Assembly (NCBI GenBank): GCA_963665275.2
Contig: CAXXIN010000007.1
Location: 576,001 to 640,000 of the forward strand
Direction: 5' to 3'
Length of the DNA: 64,000 bases
DNA from: Negativicutes bacterium
GTDB taxonomy: Bacteria; Bacillota; Negativicutes; UBA1444
Shown here piece after piece: positions 1 through 10,115 of the stretch. A model generated the notes under the pieces. The model made no database searches. It saw nothing but the letters and a program-made list of their open reading frames with translations, and had not been told where the DNA came from. The number at the start of each line of letters is the position of its first letter. Position 1 is the stretch's first letter. The translations under genes were made by a program, and so were the position numbers.

Positions 1-2
1 TA

Positions 3-944
3 TTATCTGACATCAGAACCACTTCCTTCGGAGGACAGGATCTGCGAAATGAATACATCTTCGAGGGATGGTACGACAATTTCCGTTTCCGCCTGTACTC
101 CCATCTCAGCCATCATTTTTTTTACTGCGGACAGTGCCTGTGACGCTTCCCCGTCCAGCACGAGATGGATTTTTGCGCCGAATAGCCCTGCAGCTACGTA
201 TGTCATACTTTCTCGCAAGGAGGCAAGCACTTGTCTGGGTTCGTTGCAGCGGATTTCGACTAGGGCACCGCGCATATGCGCCTTCACTTCGTCCGGCGTT
301 CCGGAAAGAATCATTTGTCCCCGATGTAAAAGGCCGATTCTCGCGCAGCGTTCGGCTTCGTCAAGATACGCCGTGGATACAAAGATCGTGACCTTTTCTT
401 CAAGCAGCCTATACAATATGCGCCAAAAATCCCGTCGGGACAGAGGATCAACGCCATTGGTGGGTTCGTCCAGCAGGAGCACCTTGGGTGTATGAACCAA
501 GGCACAGGCAAGCGCCAATTTCTGTTTCATGCCGCCGGACAGGTTCCGCGCCTGGCGGTCCCGAAACGGCGTCATGTTGCTGAATGAAAGGAGTTCGGCG
601 ATTTTTTCTTTTCTCTCTTTGCGCGAAACATTATACAAGTCCGCGTAAAAATCGATATTCTCCTGTACCGTCAGGTCCGGATAAAGCCCGAAGCGCTGGG
701 GCATATAACTGATATGAGTTCGTAGTTGTTCTGCTTCATTCACAGTATGGCAACCATAGACCCAGGCATCTCCAGCGCTCGGAGTCATCAGTCCCGCGAG
801 CAGGCGCATCACGGTCGTTTTCCCTGCGCCATCCGGCCCCACCAGACCAAAGACTTCCCCTTCTTTGACGGTCAGCGTCAGATTGTTTACTGCCGTGTTC
901 TCACCAAATTTTTGCGTCAACCCCTGGGTGCGAATGGCATCCAT
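3..944 (-). CDS. ABC transporter ATP-binding protein (YbhF-like efflux)
   Basis: Walker A GPDGAGKT, signature LSGGMKQK, Walker B LLLDEP; follows the HlyD adaptor gene. Confidence 0.9.
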   Translation of the reverse strand: MDAIRTQGLTQKFGENTAVNNLTLTVKEGEVFGLVGPDGAGKTTVMRLLAGLMTPSAGDAWVYGCHTVNEAEQLRTHISYMPQRFGLYPDLTVQENIDFYADLYNVSRKERKEKIAELLSFSNMTPFRDRQARNLSGGMKQKLALACALVHTPKVLLLDEPTNGVDPLSRRDFWRILYRLLEEKVTIFVSTAYLDEAERCARIGLLHRGQMILSGTPDEVKAHMRGALVEIRCNEPRQVLASLRESMTYVAAGLFGAKIHLVLDGEASQALSAVKKMMAEMGVQAETEIVVPSLEDVFISQILSSEGSGSDVR

Positions 945-947
945 GAC

Positions 948-1940
948 TTATTCCCCGCCCAGTTGAATCAATGCGTCGGCAGGCATGCCGGGTTTCAGCT
1001 CCCGGGTGGTGTTATCGAGGGTAATCTTGATGCGGTATACCAGTTTCACCCGTTCTTCCGCTGTTTGGATGCTCTTGGGGGTAAATTCGGCTTCCGATGC
1101 AATAAAACCAATGTTTCCTTGGTAGACCTTGCCTGGATAGGTATCTGTTGTCACTGCCACTTTTTGTCCGAGTTTAACTTTGCCGAGATCAGTTTCGGCA
1201 ATATATGCTTTGAGCCAGACCTGGTTTAAATTCCCAACCGTCACCACTGGAGTTCCCGGCGATACATATTCGCCGGCTTCAATGTTTTTGGACAATACCA
1301 CTCCATCGACCGGCGCTGTAATCTGAGCATAGGACAACCGGGTTTGCGCCAGTTTCAGAACCTGTTTGGCCTGTTCCACCCGCGCGGCGGCCAAGTCGAT
1401 TTCTTCCTGCCTGGGGCCTTCCACTGCCAGGCTGAGTTGCTGCACGGTTTGGTCAGCGCGGGCGTTTGCCGTTGCATAGGCAGTTTGACTTCGATCGCGG
1501 TCCTGCGCGGCTATTGCGCCTTTGGCAAAAAGCTGCTGCATGCGTTGATACTCCACCGCTGCATTGTTTCTGTCCGCTTCGGCGCTACGAACTACCGCCC
1601 GGGCTACTGAAACGTCCTGCGGACGCGAACCGTTCGTCAACTGCGCAAGAGTTGCTTGGGTTGCAAGCAGTTGTGCATTGGCATTGGCCACATCCAGTTC
1701 AAGATCGGCAGTTTCCAGTTTGGCCACGCTCTGTCCCTTCTTGACACTCTCGCCTTCGTCCACCAGTCGACGGTCAACATGGCCGGCAATTTTGAAACCC
1801 ACTCCGACCGTGGTGACTTCAATGTTGCCGGATACCTTGACCTGGTTTGGATTGATTTCCTTTTTGAAGTATAGGAAGTATGCGCTGGCCGCCACTGCAA
1901 TGACCAAAATGGGGATCAATATTTTCAGTCTTTTTTTCAT
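948..1940 (-). CDS. HlyD/YbhG-family efflux membrane fusion protein
   Basis: N-terminal TM anchor, lipoyl half-motifs (VDEGESVKKGQ; ITAPVDGVV), coiled coil, AEFTPK..QT..ER motif. Confidence 0.9.
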   Translation of the reverse strand: MKKRLKILIPILVIAVAASAYFLYFKKEINPNQVKVSGNIEVTTVGVGFKIAGHVDRRLVDEGESVKKGQSVAKLETADLELDVANANAQLLATQATLAQLTNGSRPQDVSVARAVVRSAEADRNNAAVEYQRMQQLFAKGAIAAQDRDRSQTAYATANARADQTVQQLSLAVEGPRQEEIDLAAARVEQAKQVLKLAQTRLSYAQITAPVDGVVLSKNIEAGEYVSPGTPVVTVGNLNQVWLKAYIAETDLGKVKLGQKVAVTTDTYPGKVYQGNIGFIASEAEFTPKSIQTAEERVKLVYRIKITLDNTTRELKPGMPADALIQLGGE

Positions 1941-1999
1941 GTCTGCTCCTCCAAATTTTCAGGCTCACACATTGCGTTACGATAGGCAATTATGTATAA

Positions 2000-2025
2000 T
2001 ATAAGTGAATATACTTTCACTTATA
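2000..2025. promoter_or_regulatory. Perfect 10-6-10 palindrome, likely repressor operator for the efflux operon
   Basis: TATAAGTGAA-tatact-TTCACTTATA in the divergent intergenic region. Confidence 0.6.
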
Positions 2026-2166
2026 ATTTAACACAATACTTTTGCCAATGCAATAGCAACGTTACTCGCACTTTAACTTGCAAAACCAAGATCATGCAGG
2101 GAATGGCGTCAAAATGGAGAATTTCATCTTAAATCCGCATTTAACAAGTGAGGGAACAAGCATCTG

Positions 2167-3381
2167 ATGAAAATTTACTCTTCTCATAACCCCTGGACTC
2201 AGAAGTATCTGCTTGCTTTGTGTTCAACGGCGATCCTGCTCGCCATCATCACATTGACGACACATTACAACATAGAACTGCAAAAAGATAATGCACTGAT
2301 GATCAATCAGAGCGGCAAACAGCGAATGCTCGTAAAAGAAATCGCGTTGAAAAGCTTGCAAATCACATCGAACCCGGTACCTGGCACCGAAGAAAAGCTG
2401 AAAGACGAGTTGTTGACAGCACTGGCTCAACTGCAAAAAAGTCATTCCGAAATGAGCCGATCCAAAATCCCGGAAGTGAAAAAAATTTATTTTTCATCGC
2501 CTAATTCGCTGGATCGCCAAGTTCGCCGCTTTATTGACGATGGCCTGGTATTCGCGGGAAAACCTGTGGAGGATCTGGAACACCAAAAGTCCCGTGTTGA
2601 ATCTTTGCTTATTTCAGCTTCCGGAGAACTTTTGGTTACACTGGAAGAGGTAACCTATCTTTTTCAGCTTGAAAGCGAGAAAAAGACTTTAAACCTTCTG
2701 CGCATTGCTCAGGGTTCTTTGGTCATTGCACTGTTTGTGCTGCTTCTGCAGGGATTGTATATTTTTCGCCCAATGATTCATACAATCGCACAGGAAAAGG
2801 AAGAACTCCTCAAACTGAACGAAGATCTGGCACAGCAGGCGTCCATTGATGGTTTGACAGGAGTAGCCAATCGCCGCCGTCTGGACGAATTTGTACAGCG
2901 AGAACTGGCCCGCTCTCTTCGTGAGAGAACCTCGATGTCCGTCATCATGGTGGACATCGACTTTTTCAAAGCCTATAACGATGTATATGGGCATCTTGCG
3001 GGCGATGAATGTCTCAAAAAGGTAGCCCATGCATTGACTGTAGCTGCCAGACGTCCCACTGACCTAGTAGCCCGTTATGGAGGCGAAGAATTTGCAATCG
3101 TATTGCCGAACACCGATTTTCCAGGGATGGCGCTGATCGCCGAGGCCTGCAGGAAAAGCGTAGAGAGTTTGGCAATACCCCATAGCGGCTCTTTAGTCAG
3201 TGGAGTTATCACTATCAGCCTTGGACTTGCCGGCATCACTGAGGAGCAGAGAAGCATCGAAAGTCTCTTCGATGCCGCAGACAGCGCCCTGTATAAGGCA
3301 AAGAACTCTGGCCGCAATAAAGCAGTTGTTTTCGAGCCTCAACCTGACGATAATACAGCCAAGGAGTTGGTAGCTCTATGA
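2167..3381 (+). CDS. Membrane diguanylate cyclase with NarX/PilJ-like sensor domain
   Basis: Two TM segments, [10 protein letters not shown] sensor motif, RPTD I-site and GGEEF active site. Confidence 0.88.
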   Translation: MKIYSSHNPWTQKYLLALCSTAILLAIITLTTHYNIELQKDNALMINQSGKQRMLVKEIALKSLQITSNPVPGTEEKLKDELLTALAQLQKSHSEMSRSKIPEVKKIYFSSPNSLDRQVRRFIDDGLVFAGKPVEDLEHQKSRVESLLISASGELLVTLEEVTYLFQLESEKKTLNLLRIAQGSLVIALFVLLLQGLYIFRPMIHTIAQEKEELLKLNEDLAQQASIDGLTGVANRRRLDEFVQRELARSLRERTSMSVIMVDIDFFKAYNDVYGHLAGDECLKKVAHALTVAARRPTDLVARYGGEEFAIVLPNTDFPGMALIAEACRKSVESLAIPHSGSLVSGVITISLGLAGITEEQRSIESLFDAADSALYKAKNSGRNKAVVFEPQPDDNTAKELVAL

Positions 3382-4277
3382 CTTGTGCCGATATTAGCAG
3401 TGAGGGATATGTATATAACCCTCCGAGCGAGGATAAAGGGTTGGTGCTCCGGGTTGCAGCGGGTTGCTCCCATAACGCCTGCACGTTTTGCGGAATGTAT
3501 CGAAACGTAAATTTTCGCGTACGGCCGCTTGATGAACTTCTTCCCCTGATTGCCGAAGCAAAAGAAAGAACACCCAACCTGCGGCGGGTTTTTCTCGGAG
3601 ATGGCAATGCGCTTGCCGCTCCCACCGCTGAATTGCTGACGATCCTGAAGCGCCTCAAATCTGCATTTCCGACCGTAAGCACGATCTCTTGCGCGGCCCG
3701 GGCGAATGACTTACTGGAGAAAGCTCCTGCAGACCTGGCGTTACTTAACGCGAATGGCCTGTCATTGATTTATTTGGGCGTCGAAAGCGGCGACGATGAA
3801 GTCTTGCGTCGAATTAACAAGGGCGTCACAGCCGATGATGTCATTCAAGCCGGGCAAGCAGCTAATAAGGCGGGTATCGAGCTTTCCACCATGATCATTC
3901 TCGGGCTCGGCGGTAAGGAACTCACCGAAGAACACGCGATGCACACGGCTGATATTCTCAATGCGCTATCTCCTGCTATGTTGGGGATAATGACGTTATT
4001 GCCCCGGGCAGGAACACCGTTAGAACGACAGATTGCGGTTGAGCAGTTTCAGCGCCTCAATCGTCAGGAAACGCTGCAGGAGTTGTTGAAATTGCTCACT
4101 CGTCTTGACCTGCATCGACCGTCCATCCTACGTGCAAGCCATATCTATAATTTTGTTGATCTGGCCGGAACTTTACCGGAAGATAAAGAATCTCTGCTGG
4201 CGCAGGTTCGCCAAAGACTTGAAGAAGAACCGACAACAGAGAAAGATCTGATTTACAAAAACTACGGGATATTTTGA
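3378..4277 (+). CDS. Radical SAM protein
   Basis: CxxxCxxC (CSHNACTFC), FLGDGNA, YLGVESG; ATGA overlap with the cyclase gene. Confidence 0.85.
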   Translation: MTCADISSEGYVYNPPSEDKGLVLRVAAGCSHNACTFCGMYRNVNFRVRPLDELLPLIAEAKERTPNLRRVFLGDGNALAAPTAELLTILKRLKSAFPTVSTISCAARANDLLEKAPADLALLNANGLSLIYLGVESGDDEVLRRINKGVTADDVIQAGQAANKAGIELSTMIILGLGGKELTEEHAMHTADILNALSPAMLGIMTLLPRAGTPLERQIAVEQFQRLNRQETLQELLKLLTRLDLHRPSILRASHIYNFVDLAGTLPEDKESLLAQVRQRLEEEPTTEKDLIYKNYGIF

Positions 4278-4463
4278 CAACTGCAAATAAGTTTCTCGTT
4301 AGCCATATGTTCCCTAACCAATAATCCGGCCGGACAAGGTTGTCTCGGGCGAATACCAGCGAATTATCAAACGGACCTCCGTTTGGTTATCATTCGCGTC
4401 TGGTTATCCTTCACATTTGCCCATTTCATAAGTGTGTCTATACAACTACTCTTTAAATTTACA

Positions 4464-5741
4464 TCATTCACTTTTCCCTTTATGTCCGCCCACATAATCC
4501 GCCCGTTCAAGGAAGGTTCCACCAGCCATCGACCCAGCATAAAAAATCGTTTTTTTGCCAAATCGCTTCCGAACATCATCTACTACTCTATCCATGGCAT
4601 GTTTCTTTTCTTCTCCTTCAAAAAACAGTTCCAACTGCTCAAGTCCTTGAGGCACGATTTTCCCGGCAGTAAAATTTACCGATCGCACCGGTTCACCATG
4701 CCACCGCTTAATAAACTCCTGGCGTGTCGCTTCACTAATTATATCCGTTGAGTGTTCTGGGCGAACCAACTTAATCCGTGCAGCAAAACCCACCTGTAAA
4801 TTTCTATCCGAGTACCCGATCCCCAAATATACCTCTTGGCATTTTTCCTGGTGTTTACGTAGCCTGGCGCAAACATCTCCCACCATTTCCTTGATGACTA
4901 TTAGGATTTCTGCTTTTTCGTAGTAATCCCTCATCAATATCTGGTTTTTACTATAGGATTTACTTTTCGGCAGTACCTTCTGGCTAAGGATGCTAGCATC
5001 CAAGCCCCATGCGTGGTAATACAGCTGCAATCCCATTACGCCTAGAGTTTTATGCAACCGCATTGGATTGGTGTGTGCCAGCGCCTCAATCGTATAAATA
5101 CCCATTTGCTTGAGTTTCTTATCGTACCCTCTGGATATACCCCAAAACGCAGTCAGCGGCTGTATCTTCCATACCGTTTGCGGCACCATTTCATATGTCC
5201 ATTTTGCAATCCACGGCGGCTGCTTTTTGGCTTCATTATCCAGTGCCAGTTTCGCCAAAAGCGGATTATCTCCAATGCCTGCGGTCACAATAAGGCCCAA
5301 CTCTTCCTTCACCATCTTCAAAATGGCTTCCGCAATCGCCTCTGCGGGTCCAAACAAATTTAGCGATGCGGTAACATCCAATATGGACTCATCAATACTA
5401 TAAATGTGTAGATCTTCATCGGTTACAAATCGGCGGAATATATTCTGCATCGCCTGGTTCATATTGATATATAGCGCCATATTGGGCTCCACTACCATAA
5501 TCGGCGAACGCTTGGGGATTTCAAAGAGTCGATTTCCGGTCTTGATATTATATTCCAATTTAACCCTCGGGCTACTGGCCAATACGACAGCGCCGGTTCT
5601 CCTTAAATCCGATACTACAGCAATATAGGCTTCTAGAGGATCAAGCCCCCGCCGAACCGCCTCTACGGATGCAAAAAAAGATTTTGCGTCGATGCACAAT
5701 ACGCTTCTGCGAGGAAAGCGAGAAAAATCAACGAGCCCCAT
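4464..5741 (-). CDS. Y-family DNA polymerase (UvrX/YqjW, PolY2-like)
   Basis: CIDAKSFFASVE, YSIDES, AGIGDNPLLAKLA, clamp-like QLELF, C-terminal GGH. Confidence 0.92.
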   Translation of the reverse strand: MGLVDFSRFPRRSVLCIDAKSFFASVEAVRRGLDPLEAYIAVVSDLRRTGAVVLASSPRVKLEYNIKTGNRLFEIPKRSPIMVVEPNMALYINMNQAMQNIFRRFVTDEDLHIYSIDESILDVTASLNLFGPAEAIAEAILKMVKEELGLIVTAGIGDNPLLAKLALDNEAKKQPPWIAKWTYEMVPQTVWKIQPLTAFWGISRGYDKKLKQMGIYTIEALAHTNPMRLHKTLGVMGLQLYYHAWGLDASILSQKVLPKSKSYSKNQILMRDYYEKAEILIVIKEMVGDVCARLRKHQEKCQEVYLGIGYSDRNLQVGFAARIKLVRPEHSTDIISEATRQEFIKRWHGEPVRSVNFTAGKIVPQGLEQLELFFEGEEKKHAMDRVVDDVRKRFGKKTIFYAGSMAGGTFLERADYVGGHKGKSE

Positions 5742-5889
5742 CGCTATGGCCTTCTTGGTCTTTCATCTGCTCGTTGTGCTCAGACAGAAGCATCCCCGCC
5801 CACTTGACCATACACCGGTCGATGTAAACTATCTGAACCATCTGCTGGTAAATAGGAATACTCAGTAAATCTATAGTAGGTTCGCTCAT
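5728..5889 (-). CDS. 53-aa YolD/YqjX-like mini-protein (not in the ORF track)
   Basis: Manual translation MSEPTIDLLSIPIYQQMVQIVYIDRCMVKWAGMLLSEHNEQMKDQEGHSDGAR; GAGGTGG RBS; DRxMxKWxGxxLSEH resembles the YolD N-terminal motif; overlaps the polymerase start. Confidence 0.7.
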   Translation of the reverse strand: MSEPTIDLLSIPIYQQMVQIVYIDRCMVKWAGMLLSEHNEQMKDQEGHSDGAR

Positions 5890-5917
5890 TACTATCCACC
5901 TCTATAGTAATATTATC

Positions 5918-5931
5918 AGAACATATGTTCT
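5918..5931 (-). promoter_or_regulatory. LexA (Cheo/SOS) box
   Basis: AGAACATATGTTCT (GAAC-N4-GTTC) in the 17-bp spacer of a minus-strand TTTACA/TAATAT promoter upstream of the Y-polymerase operon. Confidence 0.85.
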
Positions 5932-5975
5932 GTGTAAATGTCATAGACTTACCATTTGCGAGCTGGACGGAAATG

Positions 5976-6022
5976 AAAAAAGCCGGCAAAGATGGTCCTC
6001 AAAACCACCCTAGCCAGCTTTT
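5976..6022 (-). terminator. Intrinsic terminator after the recombinase pair
   Basis: Minus strand AAAGCTGGCTAGGGTGGTT..GACCATCTTTGCCGGCTTTTTT, long stem with G-U pairs plus U-tract. Confidence 0.65.
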
Positions 6023-6067
6023 CTTTCACTTCACCCCACTTATAACAACGCCTAGGCTTTTATCTAC

Positions 6068-7486
6068 CTAGAAACTCGTCGCATCACACTCAATCTCCGT
6101 TCCATCAAGCAAGCTAACAATCACTTGCTTCCTGCCAACCACTGTTATTTTCTCTACCAAGGCAAAGTATAGATCAATAACAAACTCGTCAATTTTCGAC
6201 CGGCTCAACACGATCTCTATGAACTGCCTAGATTTATATCGTTTCAGCAGGTTATCGCTTTTCAAACCCTCTTTCCACGTTCCAATAAAATAAGCCTTGT
6301 TCTCAATCATCGCATTAAACACATCAACAAAAGTCTGATACAAAACCCCATCGTCAATATGCTGGCTCTCACATCCTTTTTCACCCTTCACCACATACTT
6401 GCCGTTGCAGCGCCAGACGATCCGTCTGAACCGATCATCGGTTGAATTCCATACTTTTCTGCCATAAGCATGGCCGCAGGAACCGCAAATCACTCGGCCT
6501 GCAAAGGGATTATCCTCTGTCGCACATTCAAGTTTCTGAATGCCATACTTCAGAGCAAAATTCCGACGTCGTTCCATCTCCAGCTGCACCGCTTCCCACA
6601 TCTCCTTGTCGATGATCGCGGGATGACTATCCTCCACATAATACTGCGGCACCTGACCGGTATTGTCCGCCCGCTTTTTGTTCAAGAAATCCACGGTGTA
6701 GGTTTTTTGCAGCAATGCGTCTCCCATATATTTTTCGTTTGTCAGCATTTTTCGGATGCTGTTTTCGTACCATTTTGCTTTGCCATTCCAATTGGGAACG
6801 CGGTCTTTTTCTAGGTCCCGCGCAATTCGATTAGCCCCTTTTCCGTCGAGAAATTCTCTGTAGATACGCCTGACGATTTTAGCCTGCTTTTCATTGATCA
6901 CCAGATTGCCGTTTTTGTCTTTGTCATAGCCAAGGAACTTGGTAGCGTTAATAAAGAGCCTTCCCTGCTCAAACCGCCGCCGGATTCCCCAGGTACTATT
7001 CTCCGAGATCGACCGGGACTCGTCTTGCGCCAGCGAACTGAGAATCGAAAGCAAAACTTCGCCCTTACTGTCGAGCGTAAAAATCGCCTCTTTCTCGAAG
7101 GTCACCCCGATGCCCAAGTCTTTTAGCAGCCGAACAAAGTTGAGGCAATCCAGCGTATTACGGGCAAACCGCGAGATGGATTTCGTAATGATCATGTCGA
7201 TCTTGCCGGCTTTACAGTCTGCAATCATCTTATTGAATTGATCACGTTTTTTTGTGGAAGTGCCGCTAATGCCTTCATCGGCATATATCCCAGCGCACTC
7301 ATAATCCGGCTGCTTTTCAATATAGGTAGTGTAGTAGTTAACCTGGGCTTCGTAGCTTGATAACTGTTCTTCCTGATCGGTCGACACCCGGCAATACGCT
7401 GCTACGCGTTTTTTCTTCGGCTCCAGGTTTTCCGCAAGGCTGGTGCGATTGGGCCTTGCGGGTATAACGGTAATGTTTCTCGCCAT
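6068..7486 (-). CDS. Large serine recombinase
   Basis: AAYCRVST catalytic Ser, ITKSISRFARN, recombinase domain, Zn ribbon CGSCG. Confidence 0.95.
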   Translation of the reverse strand: MARNITVIPARPNRTSLAENLEPKKKRVAAYCRVSTDQEEQLSSYEAQVNYYTTYIEKQPDYECAGIYADEGISGTSTKKRDQFNKMIADCKAGKIDMIITKSISRFARNTLDCLNFVRLLKDLGIGVTFEKEAIFTLDSKGEVLLSILSSLAQDESRSISENSTWGIRRRFEQGRLFINATKFLGYDKDKNGNLVINEKQAKIVRRIYREFLDGKGANRIARDLEKDRVPNWNGKAKWYENSIRKMLTNEKYMGDALLQKTYTVDFLNKKRADNTGQVPQYYVEDSHPAIIDKEMWEAVQLEMERRRNFALKYGIQKLECATEDNPFAGRVICGSCGHAYGRKVWNSTDDRFRRIVWRCNGKYVVKGEKGCESQHIDDGVLYQTFVDVFNAMIENKAYFIGTWKEGLKSDNLLKRYKSRQFIEIVLSRSKIDEFVIDLYFALVEKITVVGRKQVIVSLLDGTEIECDATSF

Positions 7487-8639
7487 ATCTCATAACCTCC
7501 TCGACCATGGTTTCGTTTTGTATATTCAACCTGCTGACCACGGAATCATCAACTGTCGTGCCTTGGCAGGCGTCTTTGCCGTTCTTAACATAGTTGCTAC
7601 ATTGCCAGACGATCTTTTTGCAGGCATGGTTGCTGTTCCATGTCCGCCGACGTAGGGGAGAGCCGCATTTACTGCAAAACAGCAGGCCGGTCAGCGGATA
7701 GCCGGTTTGGTACTTCGCCCGTATTTCTGCCGAGTTCCCTTTAGCCTTTCCGCGTAGTGCAATTTGCCGCTGCGACTCCTCCCACACGCCGCGAGGAATA
7801 ATCGGTGGGTGGTTATTTTCAATGTAATAGCTTTCGATTTCGCCGTGGTTCACGCACTTCTTTTTGCGCAGATGGTCCGCGCTGTAGGTCTTTTGAAGCT
7901 TGGCATCTCCCATGTACTTCTCATTTTTGAGGATGCCCAGGATCGTGCTGGAATGCCACCTACCACCGGCAACGGTTTCTACTCCTTCAGCGTTTAGGTC
8001 TTTTGCGATAACAAAGCTTCCCTTGCCGCCGATATAGTCGTCAAAAATGCGCTTGACCACGCTGGCTTGTTCGGCGTTGATCACAAGTTCCCCGTTCTTG
8101 TTTTTGTCATAGCCGAGGAACCTTGTGGTGTTGACGACAACTTCCCCTTTTTGAAACTTACGCCGGTATCGCCACTTCAGATTGTCACTGACATTTTTGC
8201 TTTCTTCTTGGGCAAAAGCAGAGAGGACGGTCAGCATCAGCTCACCATCCCCGTTACTACTGGATATTTGCTCTTTTTCAAAGAATACTTCCACGCCCAG
8301 TTCTTTTAGTTCCCGCACCAGTTCAAGCACAATGGCTGTGTTTCTGGCAAACCGGGAAATAGACTTTGTCAGGATCAAGTCGAGCTTCCCTGCTCTCGCA
8401 AGCGCCAGCATCTTCCGAAACTCTGGCCGGTCGTCTTTGGTCCCTGTGATTCCCTGATCCGCAAATACGCCTGCGTACTCGTAGTCCGGATTTGCTTCGA
8501 TCAAGCCTTGGTAATACTGTGTCTGGTTTACCAGCGACTCGCCCTGCGCCTCACTGTCTGAAGATACCCTGGCATAGGCGCAGACCCGTTTGCGTTTGGC
8601 TGTCATCGCTGGTAATGGTTCGATGATTCTGACCCTCAT
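7338..8639 (-). CDS. Large serine recombinase (second, tandem)
   Basis: CAYARVSS, TKSISRFARN, Zn ribbon CSKCG; start placed at MRVRII after an AGAAAGGA RBS. Confidence 0.93.
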   Translation of the reverse strand: MRVRIIEPLPAMTAKRKRVCAYARVSSDSEAQGESLVNQTQYYQGLIEANPDYEYAGVFADQGITGTKDDRPEFRKMLALARAGKLDLILTKSISRFARNTAIVLELVRELKELGVEVFFEKEQISSSNGDGELMLTVLSAFAQEESKNVSDNLKWRYRRKFQKGEVVVNTTRFLGYDKNKNGELVINAEQASVVKRIFDDYIGGKGSFVIAKDLNAEGVETVAGGRWHSSTILGILKNEKYMGDAKLQKTYSADHLRKKKCVNHGEIESYYIENNHPPIIPRGVWEESQRQIALRGKAKGNSAEIRAKYQTGYPLTGLLFCSKCGSPLRRRTWNSNHACKKIVWQCSNYVKNGKDACQGTTVDDSVVSRLNIQNETMVEEVMRYGEKHYRYTRKAQSHQPCGKPGAEEKTRSSVLPGVDRSGRTVIKLRSPG

Positions 8640-8769
8640 AGTCTCTGTCCTTTCTATCAACTGTCATGACTATACATCACTCTGCGGCCGGGTTAAGTCA
8701 AGTTAATAGAGCCGATAAACTGCCGAACGCAGGACATTCTTCTAGGATGGCAGAACATTATCAAACGAG

Positions 8770-9314
8770 GTGATGGCCATGTCGACTGGCGATATCTTGC
8801 CGGATGTGTTAGCTCCCAATCTTAAACTCGTGATCTGCGGCTCCGCTGTCGGTGCCGAGTCCGCCCGTGCGGGTTCTTACTACGCAGGAAGAAACAATCT
8901 GTTCTGGCAAATACTCCATGAAATAGGCCTTACAGACCGTGTTTTGCACACTTCGGAATACCGCAACCTGCTTCAGTACGGAGTCGGCTTGACTGATGCC
9001 GCCAAGAAGGTCTCTGGGGTGGACGCCAATATCAAAACAGAGGATTATGATGCAGGCGCTTTTGTGCAGAAATGCTTTTCTTTCAACCCCAAATCATCTG
9101 TTTCAATGGCAAAAAGGCCGCCGCAAATTTATGTTCCTGGCAGCATCAGCACAATTGCAGAACAAAAGAAATCGGCTACGGAATCTACCCACACCCGATC
9201 CTGCCAAATGGCTCCACCCTATTCGTAGCCCCTTCGACCTCTGCAACCGCCAAGAGATATTGGCAGCCTGACTATTGGCGTGAACTGGCCGCATTACTAA
9301 AGCAACTGCCTTGA
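8770..9314 (+). pseudogene. mug: Mismatch-specific (G:U/T) DNA glycosylase, MUG family, frameshifted near 9072
   Basis: DILPDVLAPNL..ICG..G..SA..G.YYAG.NNLFW, then IICFNGKKA..PSTS in another frame; one extra A in AGAAATG rejoins them (possible sequencing error). Confidence 0.8.
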
Positions 9315-9498
9315 CCAAGCAGAATGCTGATTGAAACACCGGCGAACAAAACAGAACCCGCCGCAGTTTGCAGACGGGTTGAGAACCTATTGTCTTTTTT
9401 CAAGACATCTCTTTTCTTCACTTCACCCAGCATTCTTTCTGCATAAAGGATTCGCCAAAATAGGCAGAATAAGGCTTGGCTATGCAGAAACCAATTAC

Positions 9499-9819
9499 CT
9501 ACAAGATATCCAGATACTTGCTCGCCCCAAAGAGAACGCGCATGATCACAACCTGTTTGCCTACTTCATCGACCAGATAAAATATCAAATAGTTATCCAC
9601 GACGACTTTCCGATATCCCTTAGCTCTAAGAGGTTCTTCAAGTACATACGAACCGGAAAACGGAAATACCGTCAGCCGCATCGTCGCCTTTTCTATTTGC
9701 TCAAACAAATCATCGGCGGCCTTTGCAGCTGAAAGCGTATTGAAAATATAGCCATAGATCGCATCGAGATCTTCTGCCGCTTTCGGAGCAACTCGCACGC
9801 AATACTTATGCTCTGGCAT
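9499..9819 (-). CDS. RelE/ParE-family toxin
   Basis: AAEDLDAIYGYI, FPFSG, YRKVVVDNYLIFY, V.IMRVLFG. Confidence 0.88.
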   Translation of the reverse strand: MPEHKYCVRVAPKAAEDLDAIYGYIFNTLSAAKAADDLFEQIEKATMRLTVFPFSGSYVLEEPLRAKGYRKVVVDNYLIFYLVDEVGKQVVIMRVLFGASKYLDIL

Positions 9820-10078
9820 ATTTTGTCCTCAGTTTTTTAAACACTTCTTCACCGTCTAGTAGCGGTACCCCATCAGCAATTTGCTTTTCCGCTTCAGCCA
9901 GTTTTTGATACACGTCCAAAAGCGCCATTTGTCGTTCGTATGTTTTCATGCTCATAACCACCAAGTCCCCATAGCCATTCTTGGTAATAAAAATGGGCTC
10001 TTGCTTTTTATGACAAAGTTCAGATATCTCATTGGTGTTTCGCAAATCCGTAATCGGCCTGATTTCCGGCATAGCCAA
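9806..10078 (-). CDS. Phd/YefM-family antitoxin
   Basis: IRPITDLRN, EPIFITKNGYGDLVVMS; overlaps the toxin start. Confidence 0.9.
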   Translation of the reverse strand: MAMPEIRPITDLRNTNEISELCHKKQEPIFITKNGYGDLVVMSMKTYERQMALLDVYQKLAEAEKQIADGVPLLDGEEVFKKLRTKYARA

Positions 10079-10115
10079 CCCTCCTCGGTGTTTTTACATC
10101 ATTATTATAGCATAA

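Noticed and set aside
4280-6070. att direct repeat matching the rlmD 3' end (HVECIALIEKQ)
   Set aside because: No convincing duplicate found by eye. Serine recombinase cores can be very short, so the left boundary, and whether the Y-polymerase cassette belongs to the element, is unresolved.
7338-7486. 149-nt overlap of the two recombinase genes
   Set aside because: The upstream tail looks like run-on sequence; no evidence of a separate function.
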